From NCBI GenBank assembly GCA_018401465.1, contig JAGYKE010000004.1, forward strand, positions 1,207,857 through 1,271,856: 64,000 nt of DNA, written 5' to 3'. The position numbers and the translations under genes were made by a program. Positions 34,941 to 47,354 of this stretch are shown here, in pieces; the first letter of the stretch is position 1; every line of letters starts with the position of its first letter. Source of the DNA: Aestuariivita sp. Lineage in GTDB: Bacteria > Pseudomonadota > Alphaproteobacteria > Rhodobacterales > Rhodobacteraceae. Under the pieces are notes generated by a model. The model was given only the letters and a program-made list of their open reading frames with translations. It ran no database searches and had not been told where the DNA came from.

Positions 34941-35816
34941 ATGCCAAGTCTTAAGGACCTGAAAAACCGGATCGCGTCGGTCAAGTCGACCCGCAAGATC
35001 ACCAAGGCCATGCAGATGGTGGCCGCCGCGAAACTGCGGCGGGCACAGGATGCAGCCGAACAGGCGCGCCCCTATGCCGAACGGTTCAACGCCGTGATGG
35101 CGGGGCTGGCCCAGTCGGTCGGCGGATCGGACAGCGCGCCCCGGCTTCTGTCGGGGACAGGCAGCGACAAGGTGCAGCTTCTGGTGGTCATGACCTCCGA
35201 ACGCGGCCTGTGCGGCGGCTTCAACTCGAACATCGTCAAGCTGGCGCGCACCCGCGCCGAAAAGCTGCTGGGCGAGGGCAAGACCGTCAAGATCCTGACC
35301 GTGGGCAAGAAGGGCCGCGACCAGCTCAAGCGCGACTATGCAAAGCTGTTCGTGGGCCATATCGACCTCGGCGAGGTCAAGCGCGTCGGCTATGTCGATG
35401 CACAGGGCATCGCCAAGGATGTCCTGTCGCGCTTCGACGCGGGCGAATTCGACGTGGCCACGATCTTCTATTCCAAGTTCCACAACGTGGTGTCGCAGGA
35501 ACCGACGGCCCGGCAGATCGTCCCTGCCGCCTTCGAGATGACCGGGGAGGCAGGCGCCTCGTCGCTCTATGATTACGAACCCGACGAAGAGGCGATCCTC
35601 GCCGATCTTCTGCCGCGGGGCGTGGCGACGCAGGTCTTCACGGCGCTGCTGGAAAACGGCGCGTCCGAACAGGGCGCCCGGATGTCGGCGATGGACAACG
35701 CCACGCGCAACGCGGGTGACATGATCGACCGCCTGACCATCGTGTACAACCGCTCGCGCCAGGCCGCGATCACCAAGGAACTTATCGAAATCATCTCGGG
35801 CGCCGAGGCGCTCTGA
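34941..35816 (+). CDS. atpG: F1 ATP synthase subunit gamma
   Basis: [36 protein letters not shown] ... [15 protein letters not shown]. Confidence 0.97.
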   Translation: MPSLKDLKNRIASVKSTRKITKAMQMVAAAKLRRAQDAAEQARPYAERFNAVMAGLAQSVGGSDSAPRLLSGTGSDKVQLLVVMTSERGLCGGFNSNIVKLARTRAEKLLGEGKTVKILTVGKKGRDQLKRDYAKLFVGHIDLGEVKRVGYVDAQGIAKDVLSRFDAGEFDVATIFYSKFHNVVSQEPTARQIVPAAFEMTGEAGASSLYDYEPDEEAILADLLPRGVATQVFTALLENGASEQGARMSAMDNATRNAGDMIDRLTIVYNRSRQAAITKELIEIISGAEAL

Positions 35817-37265
<1,449 letters not shown>

Positions 37266-37276
37266 GGGGAAGCCTG

Positions 37277-37675
37277 ATGGCAGACACGATGCAATTCGAC
37301 CTCGTCAGTCCGGAACGGCGCCTTGCGTCGCTTCGGGTTGTCTCGGTCCAGATCCCGGGCGCCGACGGCGACCTGACGGCGATGCCGGACCATGCGCCGC
37401 TGATCACGACGCTGCGCCCAGGTATCCTGAAGGTCGAAGGGCCGGAAGGCGTGCAATCCTATGCCGTGACCGGCGGCTTCGCCGAAATCTCGGGTCAGGC
37501 CACGTCTGTTCTCGCCGAAAAGGCCATGCCAGTGGCCGAACTGACCGCCGCGCAGATGGACGCTATGATGGCCGAGGCGAAGGCTGCCGCCGATGGCGCG
37601 ACCGGTGCCGGCAAGGATGCTGCCGACAAGCTTCTGGCCGATTTCGCGGCCCTGCGCGCGGCAGCGGGCGTCTGA
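37277..37675 (+). CDS. atpC: F1 ATP synthase subunit epsilon
   Basis: 132 aa with [12 protein letters not shown]...GGFAEI, the last gene of the atpHAGDC order. Confidence 0.95.
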   Translation: MADTMQFDLVSPERRLASLRVVSVQIPGADGDLTAMPDHAPLITTLRPGILKVEGPEGVQSYAVTGGFAEISGQATSVLAEKAMPVAELTAAQMDAMMAEAKAAADGATGAGKDAADKLLADFAALRAAAGV

Positions 37676-37697
37676 GCCGATCCAGATAAGAAGCAAA

Positions 37698-37725
37698 GGG
37701 CGGCCCCGACGGGCTGCCCTTTTTT
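37698..37725 (+). terminator. atp operon intrinsic terminator
   Basis: gggcggccc-cgac-gggctgccc (9-bp stem with one G-U pair) followed by TTTTTT. Confidence 0.8.
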
Positions 37726-37789
37726 ATTGCCTCCCTATTGCCGCAATTCAGCTGTATCCTGCGCGCAACAGGCAGAACCACGCAGCGGA

Positions 37790-38140
37790 ATGAGACGTAT
37801 TGCCAGCCACTTGATCGGGATCGACCAGGGCGATCTCATGCTGTTCTCGGATTACGAGGACGACGGCGAGATGTGGACGGGTGAAGGCGCCCGCGAACGC
37901 GTTGTACCCGTAACCTTCGCGACGGCCTTCCGCGCGCCCCCCGTCGTGCACCTTTCGATGAGCCTGCTCGACATGGCGACCGGCCCTTCGGTGCGCGCCG
38001 ACCTGACGGCGCGCGACATCACCGCGTCAGGGTTCGAGATCGTCTTCCGCACCTGGGAAGACAGCCGCGTCGCCCGCATCCGAGCCGCCTGGATGGCGAT
38101 CGGCGAATTGCACGAAGATATGGACTGGACGCTGTACTGA
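37790..38140 (+). CDS. Stand-alone H-type lectin domain protein (116 aa)
   Basis: VPVTFATAFRAPPVVHLSMSLLDM...TARDITASGFEIVFRTWEDSRV...AAWMAIG follows the H_lectin pattern. Start reset to MRRIASHL (ATG 37790). No signal peptide. Confidence 0.6.
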   Translation: MRRIASHLIGIDQGDLMLFSDYEDDGEMWTGEGARERVVPVTFATAFRAPPVVHLSMSLLDMATGPSVRADLTARDITASGFEIVFRTWEDSRVARIRAAWMAIGELHEDMDWTLY

Positions 38141-38144
38141 CCCC

Positions 38145-39164
38145 TCACGCCGGGGTGTAGAGCATCTCGTAAATCGGCGTCAGGGTGTCCGCCTCGAAGA
38201 GCGACGACACGCTCGTCCCGTTCCAGATGTTCAGGATCGCCTGCGCGAAGATCGGAGCGGTGGGCAGGACGCGGATGTTCGGCGCAGACTTCACTGCGGC
38301 CGAGGGCTGGATCGTGTCGGTGATGACCAGCGACTTCATCACCGAATTGGTGACACGTTCCACCGCCGGGCCGCTCATCACGCCGTGGCTGATATAGGAA
38401 TGGACCTCTTTCGCGCCGTTCTCGATCAGCACCTCGGCCGCCTTGCACAGCGTGCCTGCCGTGTCGCACATGTCGTCCACGATCAGGCAGGTCTTGCCGA
38501 CGACGTCGCCGATCACGGTCATTTCGGCCACTTCGCCGGGCTTTTCGCGGCGCTTGTCCACGATGGCGAGCGGTGCGTTGATCCGCTTGGCCAATTCGCG
38601 CGCGCGTGCCACGCCGCCCACGTCGGGCGAGACCACCATCAGATCGTCCATGCGGTCCTTGAACTGGGTGCGGATATCCAGCGCGAAGATGGGCGAGGCA
38701 TAGAGGTTGTCGACGGGGATATCGAAGAAGCCCTGAATCTGCGCCGCGTGCAGGTCCATGGTCAGCACCCGTTCGATCCCGGCGCTGACCAGCATGTTGG
38801 CGACCAGCTTCGCGGTGATCGGCGTGCGCGCCTTGGTGCGGCGGTCCTGCCGTGCATAGCCGAAATAGGGGATCACGGCGGTGATGCGTCCGGCCGAGGA
38901 CCGGCGCAGCGCGTCGCACATGATGAGAAGTTCCATCAGGTTGTCGTTCGCCGGGTTCGATGTGGGCTGGATGATGAACATGTCCTCGCCCCGGACGTTC
39001 TCGAACACTTCGACGAAGATCTCGCCGTCGTTGAAACGTTCGACACGGGCATCGACCAGCCCGGTGTGAACGCCGCGGTGCATCGTCATCCGCCGCCCGA
39101 TGGCTTGGGCCAGTGGTCGGTTGCCGTTCCCGGCTATCAGCTTGGGTTCGGTGATCTGGGGCAT
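38145..39164 (-). CDS. prs: Ribose-phosphate pyrophosphokinase
   Basis: Start reset to [20 protein letters not shown] (ATG 39164). [11 protein letters not shown] and [11 protein letters not shown] motifs are present. Confidence 0.95.
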   Translation of the reverse strand: MPQITEPKLIAGNGNRPLAQAIGRRMTMHRGVHTGLVDARVERFNDGEIFVEVFENVRGEDMFIIQPTSNPANDNLMELLIMCDALRRSSAGRITAVIPYFGYARQDRRTKARTPITAKLVANMLVSAGIERVLTMDLHAAQIQGFFDIPVDNLYASPIFALDIRTQFKDRMDDLMVVSPDVGGVARARELAKRINAPLAIVDKRREKPGEVAEMTVIGDVVGKTCLIVDDMCDTAGTLCKAAEVLIENGAKEVHSYISHGVMSGPAVERVTNSVMKSLVITDTIQPSAAVKSAPNIRVLPTAPIFAQAILNIWNGTSVSSLFEADTLTPIYEMLYTPA

Positions 39165-39281
39165 GGCTGGGAATCCCGGGCTGGCAGCTTGAGAATGTGA
39201 CAGATTCGTGATGTTGACACCGCTTAACACGGCCTTACGGTCGCGCAAAGTTCTGCAGGTGCAAAAAAGAGAGCGGGTCGC

Positions 39282-39884
39282 ATGGCACACATCGATTATT
39301 TCTTCGCGACTGTGTCGCCCTGGACCTATCTGGCCGGAACGCGGCTCGAAGCGATCGCCGCGCGGCATGGCGCGACGATCACCTACAAGCCGCTCGACGT
39401 GCTGGCGCTGTTCGCGCGCACCGGCGGTGTCGCGCCGAAGGACCGGCACCCGGCGCGGCAGGAATACCGCGCGCAGGAACTGCGCCGCCAGTCGCGCAAG
39501 CTGGGCATGGCCTTCAACCTCAAGCCCGCCCACTGGCCGACGAACCCCGCCCCGTCCTCATACGCCATCATCGCGGCGCAGGCGGCGGGTGGCGGCGACC
39601 TGGGGCGCCTTGTCCATGCCTTCACCCGGTCCTGCTGGGCCGATGACCGCGATATCGCGCAGGATGACGTCGTGCGCGCCTGCCTGTCCGAGGCGGGCTT
39701 CGATCCGGGCCTGGCCGACAGGGGACTTCTCCTCGGGGCCGAAACCTATGCCGCCAACCTCGAAGAGTCAGTGTCCCGTGGCGCGTTCGGCGCGCCGTTC
39801 TACATCACCGACGACGATGAACGCTTCTGGGGTCAGGACCGGCTCGACGATCTCGAGGCGCATCTGGCGATTCTGAAAGGCTGA
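39282..39884 (+). CDS. 2-hydroxychromene-2-carboxylate isomerase (DsbA-like thioredoxin fold)
   Basis: [19 protein letters not shown]...[22 protein letters not shown] is the typical HCCA isomerase pattern. Confidence 0.85.
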   Translation: MAHIDYFFATVSPWTYLAGTRLEAIAARHGATITYKPLDVLALFARTGGVAPKDRHPARQEYRAQELRRQSRKLGMAFNLKPAHWPTNPAPSSYAIIAAQAAGGGDLGRLVHAFTRSCWADDRDIAQDDVVRACLSEAGFDPGLADRGLLLGAETYAANLEESVSRGAFGAPFYITDDDERFWGQDRLDDLEAHLAILKG

Positions 39885-39889
39885 GAGCG

Positions 39890-40699
39890 ATGAAAGACCT
39901 TCCCGCACCCGGGCATATCCACACCGGGACGATCGGGTCTGGTGCGCGTGACGTGCTGGCGATCCATTGCACGCTGGCGCATTCCGGCGCGTGGAAGGGG
40001 CTGGCCGCCGCGCTGGCTGACACGACATTCCACGTCTTCGACATGCCCGGCCATGGCCGCAGCGCCGACTGGGATGCGGGGCTGGGCGATTATCAGAATC
40101 AGGGAACGGCGGCGGCGCTGGGTCTCTTGACGCGTCAAATGGACGTGATCGGCCATTCCTTCGGCGCGACCATCGCGCTGCGTCTGGCGGTGGAACACCC
40201 CGACCGCGTGCGCAGCCTGACGCTCATCGAACCCGTCTTCTTCGCCGTCGCGGCGCAGGACGCGCCTGATCTGCTGGCCGATCACGACGCCCGCTCGGTC
40301 CCGTTCTTCGAGGCGCTCATGCGCGGCGAGACGGAAGAAGCCGCCCGCCGCTTCAATCGTTTGTGGAGCGACGGGCCCCGCTGGGCCGACATGCCCGAAG
40401 GTCTGCGCGCTGCCATGATCCGGGCGATCCCCGTGGTGCCCGCCTGCCGCGCGGCCCTCTATGATGACCGCGCCGGATTGCTGGCGCCCGGGCGGCTTGA
40501 CCGCGTGACAATGCCCGTCCAGCTCCTGCGCGGTGCGACGACCGATACCGTGATCGCGCCGGTCAACGAAGGCCTTGCGGCGCGGCTGCCCGATGCGCGG
40601 TCGGTCGTGGTGCCGGGGGCAGGGCACATGATGCCGATCACCCATCCGATTGAGACTGCGGCGCTGGTGCGCGAGCTCTTCGCCCGCGCGCCGGACTGA
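39890..40699 (+). CDS. Alpha/beta hydrolase
   Basis: FDMPGHGRS and the nucleophile elbow GHSFGA, with a C-terminal GAGHMMP His motif. Confidence 0.8.
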   Translation: MKDLPAPGHIHTGTIGSGARDVLAIHCTLAHSGAWKGLAAALADTTFHVFDMPGHGRSADWDAGLGDYQNQGTAAALGLLTRQMDVIGHSFGATIALRLAVEHPDRVRSLTLIEPVFFAVAAQDAPDLLADHDARSVPFFEALMRGETEEAARRFNRLWSDGPRWADMPEGLRAAMIRAIPVVPACRAALYDDRAGLLAPGRLDRVTMPVQLLRGATTDTVIAPVNEGLAARLPDARSVVVPGAGHMMPITHPIETAALVRELFARAPD

Positions 40700-40764
40700 T
40701 CGCGCTGGACCGTTCCCGGGCGATTGGCTACATCGCCCGTGATCCGACATCCGAAAGGCCCCCC

Positions 40765-42111
40765 ATGTCCGCCCACGGCGCAGCCCAGCCCATGATCTCG
40801 CACCCCGTGACCGGCCTGACCGGGTTGGCCGAGGTGCCGGGGGACAAGTCGATCTCGCACCGCGCGCTGATCCTCGGCGCGCTGTCGGTGGGCGAGACGC
40901 AGATCACCGGTCTTCTCGAGGGCCAAGACGTGCTTGATACCGCCAAGGCGATGCGCGCCTTCGGGGCCGAGGTGACGCGGCATGGCGAGGGGGCGTGGTC
41001 GGTTCACGGCGTGGGCGTCGGTGGCTTTGCCGAACCGGGTGGCGTGATCGATTGCGGCAATTCCGGCACCGGCGTGCGCCTCATCATGGGGGCGATGGCG
41101 ACGACGCCCGTCACAGCGACCTTCACCGGCGACGCGAGCCTCAACAAGCGGCCCATGGCGCGGGTGACCGACCCGCTGGCGCTGTTCGGCACGCGGGCGG
41201 TGGGCCGGTCGGGCGGGCGGCTGCCCATGACGATCGTCGGCGCGGCCGATCCCGTGCCGGTGCGCTACACCGTGCCGGTGCCGTCGGCGCAGGTGAAGTC
41301 CGCCGTCTTGCTGGCGGGGCTGAATGCACCCGGGCAGACCGTGGTCATCGAACGCGAGGCGACGCGCGATCATACCGAACGGATGCTTGTGGGTTTCGGG
41401 GCCGAGGTGACGGTCGAGGACACTGATGAGGGCCGCGTCATCACGCTCACCGGCCAGCCGGAGCTGAAACCGCAGGTCATCGCCGTGCCGCGCGATCCGT
41501 CGTCCGCCGCCTTCCCGGTCTGCGCGGCGCTGATCGTGCCGGGATCGGACGTGCTGGTGCCGGGGATCGGGCTCAACCCAACGCGCGCGGGCCTGTTCAC
41601 CACCTTGCAGGAGATGGGCGCGGACCTCACCTTCGAGAACCTGCGCGAGGAAGGGGGCGAGCCCGTCGCCGACCTGCGCGCGCGGTTCTCGCCCGCCATG
41701 CGCGGCATCGAGGTGCCGCCCGAGCGTGCCGCCAGCATGATCGACGAATACCCGATCCTGTCGGTCGTCGCCGCCAATGCCGAAGGCCAGACCGTGATGC
41801 GCGGCGTGAAAGAGCTGCGCGTGAAGGAAAGCGACCGCATCGCCGCCATGGCGGACGGGCTGCGGGCCAATGGCGTGACGGTCGAGGATGGCCCCGACTG
41901 GTGGATCGTGACGGGCCGGGGTGCGGGTGGCGTGCCCGGGGGGGCGGTCTGCGCCACCCATCTCGACCATCGGATCGCGATGTCGTTCCTCATCCTCGGG
42001 ATGGCGGCGCAGGCGGCGGTGTCGGTCGACGATGCCTCGCCCATCGCCACGTCCTTCCCGATCTTCGGCCCGCTGATGGCGCATCTCGGCGCGCGGATCG
42101 AGGTGCGGTGA
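40765..42111 (+). CDS. aroA: 3-phosphoshikimate 1-carboxyvinyltransferase (EPSP synthase)
   Basis: [25 protein letters not shown] and KESDRI motifs. Confidence 0.95.
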   Translation: MSAHGAAQPMISHPVTGLTGLAEVPGDKSISHRALILGALSVGETQITGLLEGQDVLDTAKAMRAFGAEVTRHGEGAWSVHGVGVGGFAEPGGVIDCGNSGTGVRLIMGAMATTPVTATFTGDASLNKRPMARVTDPLALFGTRAVGRSGGRLPMTIVGAADPVPVRYTVPVPSAQVKSAVLLAGLNAPGQTVVIEREATRDHTERMLVGFGAEVTVEDTDEGRVITLTGQPELKPQVIAVPRDPSSAAFPVCAALIVPGSDVLVPGIGLNPTRAGLFTTLQEMGADLTFENLREEGGEPVADLRARFSPAMRGIEVPPERAASMIDEYPILSVVAANAEGQTVMRGVKELRVKESDRIAAMADGLRANGVTVEDGPDWWIVTGRGAGGVPGGAVCATHLDHRIAMSFLILGMAAQAAVSVDDASPIATSFPIFGPLMAHLGARIEVR

Positions 42112-42713
42112 GCTTCGCCGTCGCCATAGACGGACCTGCCGCCGCCGGCAAAGGCACGATCAGCCGCGCGGTCGCCCGGCATTTCGGTTTTGCCCATCTC
42201 GACACCGGGCTTCTTTACCGTGCGGTGGGCCGCGCGGTGCTCGACGGCTCCGGTCCGGTATCGGCGGCGCGCGATCTGGACCCTGCCGCGCTCGAGAACC
42301 CCCTCCTGCGCACGCCCGAGGTTGCCGATGCCGCAAGCCGGGTCGCGGTCATCCCCGAGGTGCGCGCGGCGCTGTTGGATTTTCAGCGCGCCTTCGCCTC
42401 AAGGGCAGGGGGCGCGGTGCTTGACGGGCGCGACATCGGCACGGTGATCTGCCCCGGGGCCGAGGTGAAGATCTTCGTCACCGCCAGCGCCGAGGTGCGC
42501 GCGCAACGGCGTCTCGACGAACTTCTGGGCCGTGGGATCGCGGCGGAATACGCGCAGGTCCTTGCAGAGGTGCGGGCCCGCGACGACCGCGACAGCAGCC
42601 GCAGCGCGGCCCCGCTCAGGCCCGCCGCCGATGCGGTCGTGCTCGACACCACCGATCTGTCGATCGACGAGGCCGTGGCCCGCGCGACAGAGATCGTCGC
42701 CGCGCGCCGCTAG
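42108..42713 (+). CDS. cmk: Cytidylate kinase
   Basis: GTG start overlapping the aroA stop (GTGA). [20 protein letters not shown]-loop and [16 protein letters not shown]. Confidence 0.9.
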   Translation: MSFAVAIDGPAAAGKGTISRAVARHFGFAHLDTGLLYRAVGRAVLDGSGPVSAARDLDPAALENPLLRTPEVADAASRVAVIPEVRAALLDFQRAFASRAGGAVLDGRDIGTVICPGAEVKIFVTASAEVRAQRRLDELLGRGIAAEYAQVLAEVRARDDRDSSRSAAPLRPAADAVVLDTTDLSIDEAVARATEIVAARR

Positions 42714-43624
42714 TCGGCCAGAACCTCTTCCGCGAAGGCTTGCGCGGTGATGAAGACATCGGTCTGCGTCAGGTACAGAAGATGTCCGTCGCCGGGATAG
42801 GTGTAGATGCCTGTCAGCCCCAGCTTGCGCGCGAAGGCAAGCGTCTGGGCGGTCGAAAAGACCGGGTCCTCGGCCCCGACATAGATGCGCACCGGCGCAT
42901 GCGACAGGTCGAGATCGGACGGCAGTTCCCACAGCCGCAGGCGGGCCGCGTGGCTGCGCGCCAGCCCGGCAAGCGGCGGGCGGAACTGCCGTTCGGCGCG
43001 CAAGTCGCGCGCGCCTTCGCGGATCGCGGCACGCACCGGTTCCGGCGGGCGCGCGTCGCGGCCGTAAAGCAGGATCTGCCAGTATTCCGTCCAGATCGAG
43101 AAGACGTCCTTCCGGTCGGCCCGGACGCCCGCGCGCAGGATGTCGCCCGCCCCGGCGAGGATCGTCGGCATGCCGCCCGCCCGCTCCACCGCCGGCGAGA
43201 TCGCCACGACAGGCACCCGGCGTCCATCCCGGATGCGGTTCGCGGCGAGGATCGCGATGGCCGCGCCCGAGGAATAGCCGACCAGCGCGACATCCTTGTC
43301 AGGATGGCGCGCGGCGAAGGCGGCGATTTCCTCCGCTGCCGCGTCCGGTTCCAGCACCCGGTCGAGCGGCAGCCCGTCCAGCCCCGGAAACCGGCAGAAG
43401 ACCGGTGCGAAGCCGCCGTCGACCCAACCGCCCGCGGGCGCGAACATGGCCACGGAATTGAGCGCGCCGGGCACGAAGACGACGATCCGGTCGGCGCGCA
43501 CCACCATGGCCGGATCGTAAAGAAGGGCGCTGCCGTCGTCCGACGGCGCGGGCGACTTGGCCGCGCCCCCTGCACAGGCGGCAAGGCCGAGGATCATGGC
43601 AAGAACGGTCAGGGCGCGCAGCAT
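42710..43624 (-). CDS. Alpha/beta hydrolase lipoprotein
   Basis: Lipobox LGLAAC near the N-terminus and GYSSGA nucleophile elbow. Confidence 0.7.
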   Translation of the reverse strand: MLRALTVLAMILGLAACAGGAAKSPAPSDDGSALLYDPAMVVRADRIVVFVPGALNSVAMFAPAGGWVDGGFAPVFCRFPGLDGLPLDRVLEPDAAAEEIAAFAARHPDKDVALVGYSSGAAIAILAANRIRDGRRVPVVAISPAVERAGGMPTILAGAGDILRAGVRADRKDVFSIWTEYWQILLYGRDARPPEPVRAAIREGARDLRAERQFRPPLAGLARSHAARLRLWELPSDLDLSHAPVRIYVGAEDPVFSTAQTLAFARKLGLTGIYTYPGDGHLLYLTQTDVFITAQAFAEEVLAD

Positions 43625-43738
43625 GTCTGTGACCCTATCCCATCGGACGGCGACCGCCAGTGGCCATGCGCGTTTTGACGCCCTTCCCCCGGCGGCCGCG
43701 GGAGGTTACCAAGACCACAAGCAAGAGGAGACCCGCCC

Positions 43739-44263
43739 ATGAAGATGCAGGACACCCGAGACATCCGCGCCGACCGTTCCGTGGTCTTCGCCGCGATCCT
43801 CGACCCCGAAGTGCTGAAAGACTGCATCTCGGGCGCAGAAAGCGTGACCGGCAACGTGACCGACGGATACGAGGCCGTCGTGACCCAGAAGGTCGGCCCG
43901 GTGAAGGCCACCTTCAAGGGTGCCGTGCAGATGTCCGAGATCGTGGAGAACGAACGTCTCACCATCTCGGGCGAAGGCAAGGGCGGTGCCGCGGGCTTTG
44001 CCAAGGGTGGTGCTGTGGTGACGCTGGAAGAGGTCGAACCGGGCCTCACGCGGCTGTCCTACGATGTCGAGGCGAAGGTGGGCGGCAAGCTCGCCCAGCT
44101 GGGCAGCCGGATCATCGACGGTTTCGCCAAGAAGATGGCCGATCAGTTCTTCGACCGCCTGAAGGAAGGGCTCGAAGGGCCGGCCGAAACCGCGCCCGAG
44201 GCGGCCGAGGCTGACGAGACGCCCAAGTCGGGCTGGTTCAAGCGTCTGACAGGGCGCGGCTGA
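43739..44263 (+). CDS. CoxG-like SRPBCC family protein
   Basis: GPVKATFKGAVQMSE...ISGEGKGGAAGFAKG...VGGKLAQLGSRIIDGFAKKMADQFF matches the CoxG family pattern. GAGGAG Shine-Dalgarno. Confidence 0.8.
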   Translation: MKMQDTRDIRADRSVVFAAILDPEVLKDCISGAESVTGNVTDGYEAVVTQKVGPVKATFKGAVQMSEIVENERLTISGEGKGGAAGFAKGGAVVTLEEVEPGLTRLSYDVEAKVGGKLAQLGSRIIDGFAKKMADQFFDRLKEGLEGPAETAPEAAEADETPKSGWFKRLTGRG

Positions 44264-44386
44264 CCCCCTGTCGCCGCAGCGCGCCGTGGCAAATTTGCCC
44301 ATGTCGCGCGCGGAACGGACCGGGTGGTCAGGTCTTCTGACCGCCGCGTCTTGTTTCGGCAGGGGCTGCATTCTACATGGGCCTGC

Positions 44387-45187
44387 ATGACCCGCTGGCT
44401 GCCCTTCCTCAAATCCTCGCCCCGCGTCGCCGTCGTCCGCATGACGGGGGCCATCGGCGCGGGTGGACCGCTGTCGCTGAGCGATCAGAGCATCGGGCCG
44501 GTGCTCGAGGCCGCCTTTCACAAGGGCAAGCCCGACGCCGTCGCGATCGAGATCAATTCGCCCGGCGGATCGCCGGTGCAATCCTCTCTCATCGGGGCGC
44601 GCATCCGGCGGCTGGCCGACAAGCGCGGCATCAAGGTCTATGCCTTCGTCGAGGATGTCGCGGCCTCGGGCGGCTACTGGCTGGCTTCGGCGGCGGACGA
44701 AATCTGGGCCGATCCGGCGTCGATCGTCGGCTCGGTCGGTGTGATCTCGGCTTCCTTCGGGGCCAACGACTTGCTGGCGCGGCAAGGGATCGAACGGCGC
44801 GTGCACACCGCGGGCACGCACAAGTCCTTCATGGACCCGTTCCTGCCGCTCAAGGATCAGGATGTCGCGCGGCTGCGCGGCATTCTCGACCAGATGCACC
44901 AGACCTTCATCGATCAGGTGAAGGCGGGGCGCGGCACGCGCCTGAACGGCAGCGACGCGACGCTCTTCAACGGGGATTTCTGGCTGGCGGGCCGGGCGCT
45001 GGAACTGGGCCTGATCGACGGGATCGGTCACCTGAAACCGAAGATGCAGGAGGTGTTCGGCGAAAAGGTCAGCTTCCGCCGCTACGGGCTCAAGAAGCCC
45101 TTCCTGCGCCGGATCGGCGCCGACATCGCGCAGGACGCGCTGGCGGCGATCGAGGAACGCGCGTCCTACGCGCGCTACGGTCTCTGA
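44387..45187 (+). CDS. S49 family (SppA/SohB-like) serine peptidase
   Basis: AIEINSPGGSPVQS and VASGGYWLASAADEIWA motifs. Start reset to MTRWLPFLK. Confidence 0.85.
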   Translation: MTRWLPFLKSSPRVAVVRMTGAIGAGGPLSLSDQSIGPVLEAAFHKGKPDAVAIEINSPGGSPVQSSLIGARIRRLADKRGIKVYAFVEDVAASGGYWLASAADEIWADPASIVGSVGVISASFGANDLLARQGIERRVHTAGTHKSFMDPFLPLKDQDVARLRGILDQMHQTFIDQVKAGRGTRLNGSDATLFNGDFWLAGRALELGLIDGIGHLKPKMQEVFGEKVSFRRYGLKKPFLRRIGADIAQDALAAIEERASYARYGL

Positions 45188-45188
45188 C

Positions 45189-45362
45189 GTGATCCTGAAG
45201 ATCGTCTCCCTGTTTCTTGTTTTCATGGCGGTGCTTGCCATGTTCGGACGGTTGCGGCTTCCCCGCATCGGGCTTGGCCGCAACGCCAAGTGCCCCTCCT
45301 GCGGGCGCCACCGCATAGGCAAGGGGCCTTGCCCCTGCGGATCGAAGGGACGCGACGCATGA
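45189..45362 (+). CDS. Small (57 aa) membrane-anchored Cys-rich protein, not in the ORF track
   Basis: VILKIVSLFLVFMAVLAMFG (TM) followed by ...KCPSCGRHRIGKGPCPCGSKGRDA. High third-position G+C. It starts 1 nt after the S49 stop, and its stop overlaps the antiporter start (ATGATG). Confidence 0.45.
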   Translation: MILKIVSLFLVFMAVLAMFGRLRLPRIGLGRNAKCPSCGRHRIGKGPCPCGSKGRDA

Positions 45363-46321
45363 TGCCCTGGCTGATGTCGGCGCTGGGTCTGGTGATCCTG
45401 CTTCTGGCCGGTGACGCGCTGGTGCGTGGTGCCGTCAATCTGTCGCTGCGGCTGGGCGTTCCCGCGCTGATCGTCAGTCTGACCATCGTGGCCTTCGGCA
45501 CCTCGGCGCCCGAGCTTCTGATTTCGGTCAAGGCGGTGATCGAGAACGCGCCCGGTCTTGCGCTGGGCAATGTCGTGGGGTCGAACACCGCGAACATCTT
45601 GCTTGTGCTGGGCATCCCCGCGATTCTCGCGACGCTTTACACAAGCCAGTTCAACACGCGGCGCACCTATCTCTTCATGCTGGCGTCGTCGGTTCTGTTC
45701 ATCGCGCTGGCCTTCTTCGGCACCTTCACCTTCTGGTCCGGCCTGATCCTGCTGACGGGCCTTGCGCTGCTGCTGGCCGACGCCTTCCGCGACGCGCAGG
45801 CGCATCGCCGCGCCGGGGCCGCAGCCGCAGAGGCCGCGGAGGACGAGGAAGAGCCCGAAGGCGCCGATCCCGACATGCCCTATTGGCGGGTGATCCTCTA
45901 TCTGGTGCTGGGCCTTGTCGGCCTTCCGCTCGGCGCCGACATCCTTGTCGACAACGCCACGATCATCGCCAAGACCTATGGCATCAGCGATACGGTGATC
46001 GGCCTGACGCTGGTCGCGGTCGGCACCTCGCTGCCCGAACTGGCCACCACCATCATGGCGGCGCTGCGGCGGCAGGCGGATGTGGCGCTGGGCAACGTGA
46101 TCGGGTCGAACATGTTCAACCTTCTCGCCATCATCGGCATCGCGAGCCTTGTGGGCCCCATCCCCGTCGACCCGGAATTCCTGCGCTTCGATCTCTGGGT
46201 GATGCTGGGGGCGTCGGTCCTGATCGTGCCGTTCGTCTTTCTGGGGCGCGACATCACGCGGGCCTGGGGGATTGGCTTGACCGCGCTTTACGGGCTCTAC
46301 CTTGCTATGTTGCTGACCTGA
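45359..46321 (+). CDS. Calcium/sodium antiporter (CaCA / YrbG family)
   Basis: Two alpha repeats: GTSAPELLISV...GNVVGSNTANILLVLG and GTSLPELATT...GNVIGSNMFNLLAIIG. Confidence 0.88.
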   Translation: MMPWLMSALGLVILLLAGDALVRGAVNLSLRLGVPALIVSLTIVAFGTSAPELLISVKAVIENAPGLALGNVVGSNTANILLVLGIPAILATLYTSQFNTRRTYLFMLASSVLFIALAFFGTFTFWSGLILLTGLALLLADAFRDAQAHRRAGAAAAEAAEDEEEPEGADPDMPYWRVILYLVLGLVGLPLGADILVDNATIIAKTYGISDTVIGLTLVAVGTSLPELATTIMAALRRQADVALGNVIGSNMFNLLAIIGIASLVGPIPVDPEFLRFDLWVMLGASVLIVPFVFLGRDITRAWGIGLTALYGLYLAMLLT

Positions 46322-46340
46322 TTGGGGCAAGGGACCTGAA

Positions 46341-47120
46341 ATGACAAAGGCATTGGTGACCGGCGCGGGCCGACGTCTTGGACGGGCCATGGCGCTTTAT
46401 CTGGCCGGGCGCGGTTATGACGTGGCGGTGCACTACGCCACGTCGGCCGGGGACGCCGAAGAGGTCGCGGCCGCCTGCCGCCTGCGCGGCGTGCGCGCCG
46501 TGACGCTGCAAGCCGATCTTCTGGACGAGGCGCAGGTCACGCCGCTTCTGCCGCGCGCGGCAGAAGCGCTGGGCGGACCGATCACCTGCCTGATCAACAA
46601 CGCCTCGGTCTTCGAATACGACAACATCGCCACCGCCACGCGCACCAGCTGGGACCGCCACCTGGAGAGCAACCTGCGCGCGCCCTTCGTGCTGACGCAG
46701 GCCATGGCGGCGCAGGGGCTTGCGCCCATGGCGGACGAGAACGGCGAACCCCAGGCGGTGGGCCTCATCATCAACATGATCGACCAGCGGGTGCTGAAGC
46801 TGACGCCGGAATTCATGTCCTACACCATCGCCAAGATGGGCCTCTGGGCGATGACGCGCACGACGGCACAGGCGCTGGCCCCGGCGATCCGGGTCAATGC
46901 CATCGGCCCCGGCCCCACAATGCAGGGCGCGCGACAGACGCAAGCGCATTTCGCCGCCCAGCGCGGCGCGACCATTCTGGAACGCGGCGCCGACCCCGAT
47001 GGCATCTGCGCGGCGCTTGGATATTTTCTCGATGCGCGGGCGGTCACGGGCCAGATTCTGTGCGTCGACGGGGGACAGCACCTTGCCTGGAATACCCCCG
47101 ACATCCAGGGTGTCGAGTAG
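46341..47120 (+). CDS. SDR family oxidoreductase
   Basis: MTKALVTGAGRRLG cofactor motif, NNAS, and YTIAK (YxxxK) catalytic motif. Confidence 0.88.
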   Translation: MTKALVTGAGRRLGRAMALYLAGRGYDVAVHYATSAGDAEEVAAACRLRGVRAVTLQADLLDEAQVTPLLPRAAEALGGPITCLINNASVFEYDNIATATRTSWDRHLESNLRAPFVLTQAMAAQGLAPMADENGEPQAVGLIINMIDQRVLKLTPEFMSYTIAKMGLWAMTRTTAQALAPAIRVNAIGPGPTMQGARQTQAHFAAQRGATILERGADPDGICAALGYFLDARAVTGQILCVDGGQHLAWNTPDIQGVE

Positions 47121-47345
47121 ATCTGACACCCCCCCTGTCGCGCGGCTCTTCCGAAAGTTGTGCACCGCGCGGAGTCGCGTCACAGACCCGTTGCAAAAAT
47201 CTTAAGAAATTCAGTCTCTTGCCTTGGAGGAAAGAAAATATCGTTCTGTTTCAGGTGCTTATTTTGTCGCCTAAATTTTAGGCAGATCGAAGAACCCCCC
47301 GGAACACAAGGAATTTTCCAAGATGAACAAAACATATCTGCAGAC

Positions 47346-47354
47346 TTATCCACA
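47346..47354 (+). promoter_or_regulatory. Perfect DnaA-box consensus (TTATCCACA) in the AT-rich region upstream of uvrC
   Basis: Exact 9/9 match to TTATCCACA, 78 nt upstream of the uvrC ATG. Confidence 0.4.

Noticed and set aside
43706-46390. 894-aa minus-strand ORF
   Set aside because: It spans four well-supported plus-strand genes (CoxG-like, S49 peptidase, small ORF, CaCA antiporter). Its composition is junk-like (Arg/Asp/Gly/His/Gln runs).
47292-47305. Possible alphaproteobacterial LexA box (GAAC-N7-GAAC / GTTC-N7-GTTC) upstream of uvrC
   Set aside because: The two GAAC tetramers are separated by 6 nt (cccccg), not the required 7, so the site does not fit the direct-repeat consensus.
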